Origin: Scyliorhinus canicula
Lineage: Eukaryota
Direction of reading: 5' to 3'
NCBI RefSeq assembly: GCF_902713615.1
Contig: NC_052175.1
Span: 9,341,271 to 9,405,270 of the forward strand
DNA: 64,000 bases
Shown here: positions 61,240-64,000 of the stretch, piece after piece
Numbering within the stretch: position 1 is the first letter of the stretch
How the letters are laid out: every line of letters starts with the position of its first letter
Notes under the pieces: generated by a model
Seen by the model: only the letters and a program-made list of their open reading frames with translations
The model's database searches: none
Told to the model about the DNA's origin: nothing
Translations under genes and position numbers: made by a program

Positions 61240-62666
61240 TGAAGTTAAAACTCACCACTATTCTTAGAATTCCCCCTATACCAAAAAAAGGTCGATATTC
61301 TAAATGGTGAACAGGGATTCTCACTCCCTGACTCCAATGCAGGCTTCTGTGGGTGCTATTCAGGTCAAACTATCTTTTCAAGTTATCCCCCGGTATAACC
61401 CATACCTTCACCGAATAATTTTACCTACTTACCCCTTAATAGCATTGATGTCCTGGGTCCTGCGTTATTAAGGAAGTGAAGTAAGCTAATAACCACTTTT
61501 TCAGGTTAAGTTATTTTTATTATTATATTTTTTCTTTTAAAAGCTTCAAACACTTTCATTACAGAAAGGAAAAGAGATCTTGCTTCTGGCTGCTGCTGGT
61601 TGGTTGTACAGACCTTCAGGCCCACCTTGTCAATCAATTTCTTAAAATCTGGTCTTCTGGAGTTGTATTCACTGATGAACTCGGTTGCTGTTTCCTGTCT
61701 TTCCCATGCACCGAGCTGTGAGAGCTGGCTCTGCTAGCTATCTCTAAGCTGACTCTGACTCCTGTATAAATTCTAGTCTTCCTTAGATGTATAACTGTTT
61801 AAACTCGGCTGCTGGCCTTGTCTTTCCCATGACCGAGCCATCTCTCTCTCTCTCTCTGAGTTCTCCTCCCCTTCTCTCCTGTTGCTGTTGCTGTTGCTTC
61901 TGCTCCCTGGGTTTATATTCTCTTTCTAAGAGTTATTAAGTTTTAACGACTTTATTGTAAATGGGCTTGTTTCACTTTGATAGTTTAAAAGTATCTTTGA
62001 TGTAAACATTTTACTACAACTAATTATTAATTTTGGGCATATCGTCTCCTCTCAGATCTGATTAAAAAATGCTTTGGTTTCAATAGTTAACTTTTATTTC
62101 TTTGATTTCGAATCGTTTAATTTTCCAATTGTCCCCAGCTCATAACTTTGCCTTTGATTTTGACTTAAATGATGGTTCTCGTAGACAGGTCGTCTCCAAT
62201 TTTCTTTTAATTGAATTGATGTTCGTAGAATTTTACACTTTAAAATTGACACCAAATTCGACTGGGCTTCTTCCATTCTTTCCAGCTGTTTACTAAGAGA
62301 GTTTATTTCAATTAAGGTGTGAAACTTTGCTTTTAGCTGTATGCTAAAATTTAACTTGGTTATGACTTGAAATATTTGCCTGTTTTAAACATTCGTCACT
62401 TAATGCAATTGAAACTCTCATACATGCTTTTTCAGATGCTTCCTGAGATAGTTACATTCCATGAAGGTGTGAGCCATTGTTTTAGCTTACCACATGAAAC
62501 CTATGTGTTTGCTAAACCTGCTTGTGATCAAGAATCTGCATTTTATAACCCTGCTCTTTGCAGCTGCTATTAACCTATTGTGGGATCTTTCCTTGTACCC
62601 TCTCAAACCAGATATTGCCAGACTTCCATGTTTCAAATGACACATTTTTCTGTATTTTCAAGAACA
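61240..62666 (-). repeat. 5' LTR (1427 bp)
   Basis: Starts TGTTCTTGAAAATAC and ends TTTTAACTTCA. On the minus strand there is TATAAA at 61912-61917 and AATAAA at 61516-61521. Confidence 0.9.
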
Positions 62667-62779
62667 GCATGTATTTGCTTAGTTTGGCCCTTTGTTCCAC
62701 GCTGTAACTATTACTATGTTTTGATGTACATTTGGCAATGAGCTCTGTCGATTATTCTTTTGTCCACGGACTTGCTTGA

Positions 62780-63075
62780 CGATCCATGGTCCCGGGTTTG
62801 ATTCCAGGCTTGGGCCACTGTCTGTGCAGAGACTACACGTTCTCCCCGTGTCTGTACGGGTTTCCTCCGGGTGCTCCGGTTTATTCCCACAGTCAAAAGA
62901 TGTGCAGATGAGGTGGAGTTGCCAAAATAAATTGTCCTTAGTGTCCAAAAACGTTTGGTGGGGTTACTGGGTAACGGGGATCGGGATGGGGGTGTCGGCT
63001 TAAGTAGCGTACGCTTCCCAAGGGCAAGAACAATCGACGGGCCGAATGGACTCCTTCTGCACTGTAAATCTAGAA
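62780..63075 (+). mobile_element. V-SINE (another starts at about 63910 and runs off the window)
   Basis: Family match. Confidence 0.8.
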
Positions 63076-64000
63076 TACCTGAGTCGATGATTCCAACAGT
63101 CAGGTAGAAAAATGCGCTTTGCTGTACACCGGCACATGTGACAATACACACAAATCAATCCATCGTTTCTCTCCCCTCGCCGTATATCAGGGACACTGTC
63201 GGTGAACTCTGCCCGTCAATCCCCCCCCCCCCCCATCCCTCCGTTTATAAGGGACACTCTCGGTGAACTCTATCTCTCACACCCCCTCCCACCCCCGCCC
63301 ACTCCCATTTATGGGGGACACTACCTGTGAACTCTGTCCCTCACACCCACCGCTCCGTATATCAGGGACACTGCCGGTGAGTTGTGTCCCTCACCCACCT
63401 CTCCCAACACCGTTTATCAGGGAGTTTATTTTTTCTGAAAAGGGACATTTATCCAATTCACATATTTGGCTCTTTGAATATTTTTAACTGCTTTGCAATA
63501 TTACTTTTATCAGTGGGTTTATTTCTCTTGAGATATTTTCCAGGCTTTGTTCTCTTGTGGCTTTTCCTCCTCCTCCTCCCGGACGGCAGGGGCCGCTACA
63601 GCTCTCAGTGCTGTCCGACGTTGCTCTCAGTGTCACCTCTTGGCCCCTCACCACCAGCCCGGCCGCTACTTGTTGGCTGGAACATCCGGTCCCTAAGGAG
63701 AAGGTATGGGCGGGGCATCGCGGCCGGGCCCTTCCTCCAACAACCGTTAACTTTAATCTTGTGGAGATGCCGGCGTTGAACTGGGGTCAGCACAGTAAGA
63801 CGTCTTACAACACCCGCTTAAAGTCCAACATGTTTGTTTCGAATCACTAGCTTTCGGAGCACAGCTCCTTCTGTAGGAGAATAAAGAGGTGGATGAATCT
63901 TTTGTCCACGGAAGCACAGTGTTAGCACAGTTGCGTCAGAGCTCCAGGGTCCGTGGTTCGATTCCCGGCTGGGTCACTGTCTGTACGGATTCTGCACGTT

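Larger units (their letters stand above)
56152..62666 (-). mobile_element. Non-autonomous LTR retroelement or ERV-like provirus, 6515 bp
   Basis: Direct repeats at 56152-57580 and 61240-62666 with TG...CA ends and a TSD of GCAT (56148-56151 and 62667-62670). A PBS and a purine tract are present. No gag, pol or env ORF is recognisable. Confidence 0.9.

Noticed and set aside
63841-63875. Additional hammerhead ribozymes at about 63850 and 53985
   Set aside because: The catalytic CUGANGA box is deleted or mutated (CTACAGAA, CTGCGGA).

Overview
Repeat-rich vertebrate genomic DNA, most likely a cartilaginous fish (catshark-like). This is an inference from the CR1 LINE, V-SINE and Penelope repeat set and from the gene families present. 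I assembled two genes by hand, both on the minus strand. (1) A two-exon class A orphan GPCR of the GPR139/GPR142-like type: exon 1 at 14621-14795, exon 2 at 1666-2567, 358 aa. (2) A non-rearranging immunoglobulin-superfamily receptor with leader, V, C1, an Arg-containing TM and a short tail (33761 to about 30431). It has a TGA exactly at the first canonical Cys of the C1 domain. A partial duplicate of the GPCR locus (about 26455-30122, exon 2 only) lies directly downstream of the Ig gene on the same strand. Every relevant splice junction is phase 1, so an in-frame Ig-V/TM/GPCR chimera is possible on paper. The two GPCR copies share a near-identical core of about 2.2 kb inside more diverged flanks, which looks like a gene-conversion tract. 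The right part of the window holds a near-full-length CR1 with a monomeric tandem 5' UTR, nested in an older CR1. It also holds a 6.5-kb non-autonomous LTR element with 1.43-kb LTRs, a 4-bp TSD, a tRNA-Lys-like PBS and six hairpin repeats with variable spacers next to the PBS. Penelope-type ends carry minimal hammerhead ribozyme motifs. There are no prokaryotic features, rRNA, true tRNA or CRISPR. Repeat boundaries were placed by eye and are approximate. Exon, LTR and motif coordinates were counted base by base.
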